From the IMG/VR virus record IMGVR_UViG_3300033145_001818, positions 1 to 35,307 of that record: a stretch of 35,307 nucleotides of DNA. The stretch is one strand, 5' to 3'. Below the pieces are notes generated by a model. The model had not been told where the DNA came from. It saw nothing but the letters and a program-made list of their open reading frames with translations, and made no database searches. Source of the DNA: a virus. Its lineage: Duplodnaviria; Caudoviricetes. Positions 32,831 through 35,307 of the stretch are shown piece by piece; the first letter of the stretch is position 1, and the number at the start of each line of letters is the position of its first letter. The position numbers were made by a program, and so were the translations under genes.

Positions 32831-33892
32831 TTAGTTTGGTTTAGTCAGCATTGCTTTTGTTCCGTCCCATTCCACCTGGTATCCCATATTCCCCGCCATG
32901 GCCCGCACCGGCAGCATGAGACGGTTGTTTCCAGTAATCAAAGCCGGCTGGTCCAGCGTCACGGCTTGCTCGTCAACCAGCATGTAATCTTTGCCGGGTG
33001 TGATTTCGATACGCTTTGCCGGTTGCGGCATCACCATATCAACACTCGTCCACGCCTCAAAGACATACCACCCGCCGTCATAAGCTGCTGTCAGCCATTC
33101 GTAAGGCAGGTAAGCGTAACCGTCTTTCCCCCACCCCGTCCCCCAGGTGTTCCGAAGGATCAAGCACTGCATTTTCGGCAAATTGCCAACGATTGCCACG
33201 GCATGGCCGCCGCGGATAAAACCCCTGGGTAAAGGCAATATGCCGTCCGCATCCGGCTTAAAGTTACTGCACACAAGAAGGGCCATAACAAACGGCCCTT
33301 CTTTTTTCAAGGCCCGGCGAATGTTATATAATAATTTACCCCGGTTCCTATCTCCTGGGGCGCACAACCTGGCGTAACTTTTGATTCGGTATCGTTTGGC
33401 ACTTTCCAGGCAGCTATCCGGGATTTCCGGAACCTTCGGTTTCGGCAGAGCCAATAATGTACCGTATGGCAATTCTCCCTCCGGGCATATACCATACTTT
33501 TGCAGTACCTTCTGCGCCGCCCGCAGGTAAGTCCCTTCTTGCTCCGGTATACCGTCCAACTCTTTGCATTTGGCATAAAGGAAGGCGGCCGACAGGCCAC
33601 CTTTGGGATAATCCCCTTGGCTCATCTCTTGATACGCCCGCGGTGTCCATGCAGCCGCACACGCAACGCAACTTCCCCGCTTCCCTTGATCAAAAACCGG
33701 CGGCAGGTTCGGCCGGTAATCAATAATTTCAGCAGGCCCGGCAACATCGCCTTGCATCGGCATGAGTTTTGCATATTCGTAATCACGCGGGTCGTGCGGA
33801 CTTGGAATGCACTTCAATAAATTGCCCTCAAGGGTTCCTACTGTAGGCTCCAGCAAACGCCTTAATCTGTATACGTTTTCCGGCATATGCAA
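32831..33892 (-). CDS. Papain-like (C1) cysteine peptidase with C-terminal copper-amine-oxidase N-terminal-like domain
   Basis: DQGKRGSCVA, GGHAV, RNTWGTGWGKDGY; LDQPA..NRLMLPVR..MGYQVEWD. Confidence 0.9.
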   Translation of the reverse strand: MHMPENVYRLRRLLEPTVGTLEGNLLKCIPSPHDPRDYEYAKLMPMQGDVAGPAEIIDYRPNLPPVFDQGKRGSCVACAAAWTPRAYQEMSQGDYPKGGLSAAFLYAKCKELDGIPEQEGTYLRAAQKVLQKYGICPEGELPYGTLLALPKPKVPEIPDSCLESAKRYRIKSYARLCAPGDRNRGKLLYNIRRALKKEGPFVMALLVCSNFKPDADGILPLPRGFIRGGHAVAIVGNLPKMQCLILRNTWGTGWGKDGYAYLPYEWLTAAYDGGWYVFEAWTSVDMVMPQPAKRIEITPGKDYMLVDEQAVTLDQPALITGNNRLMLPVRAMAGNMGYQVEWDGTKAMLTKPN

Positions 33893-34605
33893 CTCTCCCT
33901 TCTCAGTCGGTTAATCACTGTAGCAAACTCCCCCCAGGTAACGGGGTCTCTAGGTTTGTGTTCTCCAGTTATGACTCCCCTTTCCCGCAGTTTCGCTATC
34001 TCTTTCTCCGGGTCCCATTCCTCCGGTAGCTTTATGCCCAGGTATTCTGCTATGCCTTCCGCTATGGCGTGCGCCGCCCTTTTCTGGAATCCAGCGTCTT
34101 TAAGCAGCATTTCTTCTTTCGGGTTGGAGATGAACGGCAGTTCCACCAGCACCGCGGGCATTTTAGTTGCCATTAACACAATAAACCGTGCTTCCTTGTC
34201 CACGTCCCCGTCAGTCATGTCCTCCCTCACCGCCAGGTCTGGGAATTCCTTGTGCAATGCGTCCATGACGCACGTTGCCAGCTTATCCGCGCCGGTATCC
34301 CCCGGCGAAGTCCATACTTCAATGCCGTGCGCGTGTGGGTCCGGCGAAGCGTTGCAGTGTATGCTGACAAACACATCCGCATTGCACTGGTTGGCTGTTT
34401 TGGCCCGCGCGTAACAATCTGACACAACAGTAACTCCGAGAGCAACATCTTTAATGCGAGTCAATTTCACTTCAGCCGCGTCCCCGAACAATCCGCGGAA
34501 TCGTAAGCAGATCGGCAAGGTCACGTCTTTCTCTTGCAAGCCAGAGCAACCGATTGCGCCGCTGTCGAAACCCCCGTGTCCTGGATCGAAAACAATAAAC
34601 GGCAT
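33862..34605 (-). CDS. N-acetylmuramoyl-L-alanine amidase (Amidase_3) endolysin
   Basis: DPGHGG, EKD, SIHCNA, PAVLVELPFISN; SLH-like tail. Confidence 0.93.
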   Translation of the reverse strand: MPFIVFDPGHGGFDSGAIGCSGLQEKDVTLPICLRFRGLFGDAAEVKLTRIKDVALGVTVVSDCYARAKTANQCNADVFVSIHCNASPDPHAHGIEVWTSPGDTGADKLATCVMDALHKEFPDLAVREDMTDGDVDKEARFIVLMATKMPAVLVELPFISNPKEEMLLKDAGFQKRAAHAIAEGIAEYLGIKLPEEWDPEKEIAKLRERGVITGEHKPRDPVTWGEFATVINRLRRESCICRKTYTD

Positions 34606-34719
34606 CTAACCTTACCTCCCCAAGCCCATATTCACCAACTACCAAATCTTTTGCGTATCGTCGAACCATCAGGGAATCCGTTTTTAATTGTTGGCAAATA
34701 ATGATTAACACCTCCCCAT

Positions 34720-34761
34720 TTTTACCTGACAAAATACAACTTTTACCTGACAAAATACAAC
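34720..34761. repeat. 21-bp tandem duplication
   Basis: ttttacctgacaaaatacaac twice at the 3' end of the XhlA-like gene. Confidence 0.85.
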
Positions 34762-34958
34762 TGAAATATTAAAAGTAATAATGAGCAGACTACACCGCCT
34801 AAAAGCCCCACAAGCCACTGCTGGATACGGTCCATCTTTGCTTCCAGCCGTTGCAAACTCCCGTTTTGCTTCTGCTGGTACTCTTCCACATCAGTTACCC
34901 TTTCCTCCACCCTTGCCTGCGCCACCTCCAGGGTGGCAATGCGTTCAGCCATGTCCAT
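34743..34958 (-). CDS. XhlA-like hemolysin/holin
   Basis: Coiled coil ERIATLE..QNGSLQRLEAKMD, then C-terminal TM; GGAGG RBS. Confidence 0.8.
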   Translation of the reverse strand: MDMAERIATLEVAQARVEERVTDVEEYQQKQNGSLQRLEAKMDRIQQWLVGLLGGVVCSLLLLIFQLYFVR

Positions 34959-35088
34959 TTCCCTCCCCCTCTCAAGCAAAACTAAAGCCGCCTCGTGGCG
35001 GCAAATTTCCAATATTGCAATTTTTATCTTGCCATCCTTCCTATTTCTGATAAAATAAAAGTGAAGTAAAAGAAAGGAGGTGTGTCTT

Positions 35089-35307
35089 ATGAGAAAGTTG
35101 TTTGTATTATTGATTGCGATGGTAGCATTATTGGCGTGGTGCGGTACAGCAAATGGTTCAACCCGTTACGAAAGAACACGGTATCTTTATGACAAGGTTG
35201 ATCAGTTTAGCGTTACCGGAGTCTATAGTGATAACGAAGTCTATTCCTTATGGGTTGATCTAACCCAAATTTCCAACTCCGGTTCCGTAACAACCAGCAC
35301 CTATAAA
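35089..35307 (+). CDS. Secreted protein, runs off the right edge
   Basis: AAGGAGGTG RBS; signal peptide MRKLFVLLIAMVALLAWCGTANG; frame open to the window end. Confidence 0.75.
   Translation, partial: MRKLFVLLIAMVALLAWCGTANGSTRYERTRYLYDKVDQFSVTGVYSDNEVYSLWVDLTQISNSGSVTTSTYK

Noticed and set aside
1-35307. tRNA, rRNA or full-length transposase genes
   Set aside because: None recognised by eye; a tRNAscan-SE or Infernal run would be needed to exclude them formally.

Overview
The window looks like a large part of a temperate tailed-phage genome, possibly a plasmid-like prophage. The host is inferred to be a spore-forming Clostridia/Peptococcaceae-like Firmicute (GGAGG RBSs, sigma-A promoters, a Spo0E-like gene, a copper-amine-oxidase N-terminal domain). 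Left to right: (1) a minus-strand packaging region (putative terS, RepL/MarR-like HTH gene, terL with a zinc-finger extension, small genes, HNH-AP2 endonuclease, start of a GT4 glycosyltransferase); (2) a plus-strand array of small orphan genes under a consensus sigma-A promoter, separated by recurring hairpins and putative pseudoknots and ending in a short tyrosine recombinase; (3) a 3.5 kb block (HTH initiator-like gene, HTH/coiled-coil gene, Replic_Relax, FtsK) bounded by 33-bp inverted repeats built like tyrosine-recombinase sites; (4) a CI/Cro switch; (5) recombination, replication and modification genes (SbcC-like ATPase, RecT, HNH, MBL hydrolase, Spo0E-like, helicase-MTase fusion, initiator, loader, RusA, two-frame C5 MTase, NDT-like, pentapeptide, radical SAM, late activator); (6) a convergent lysis module (XhlA-like, amidase, papain-like protease, holin). 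Several IS200/IS605 remnants are present. All product calls come from motif recognition by eye; no database search was run.
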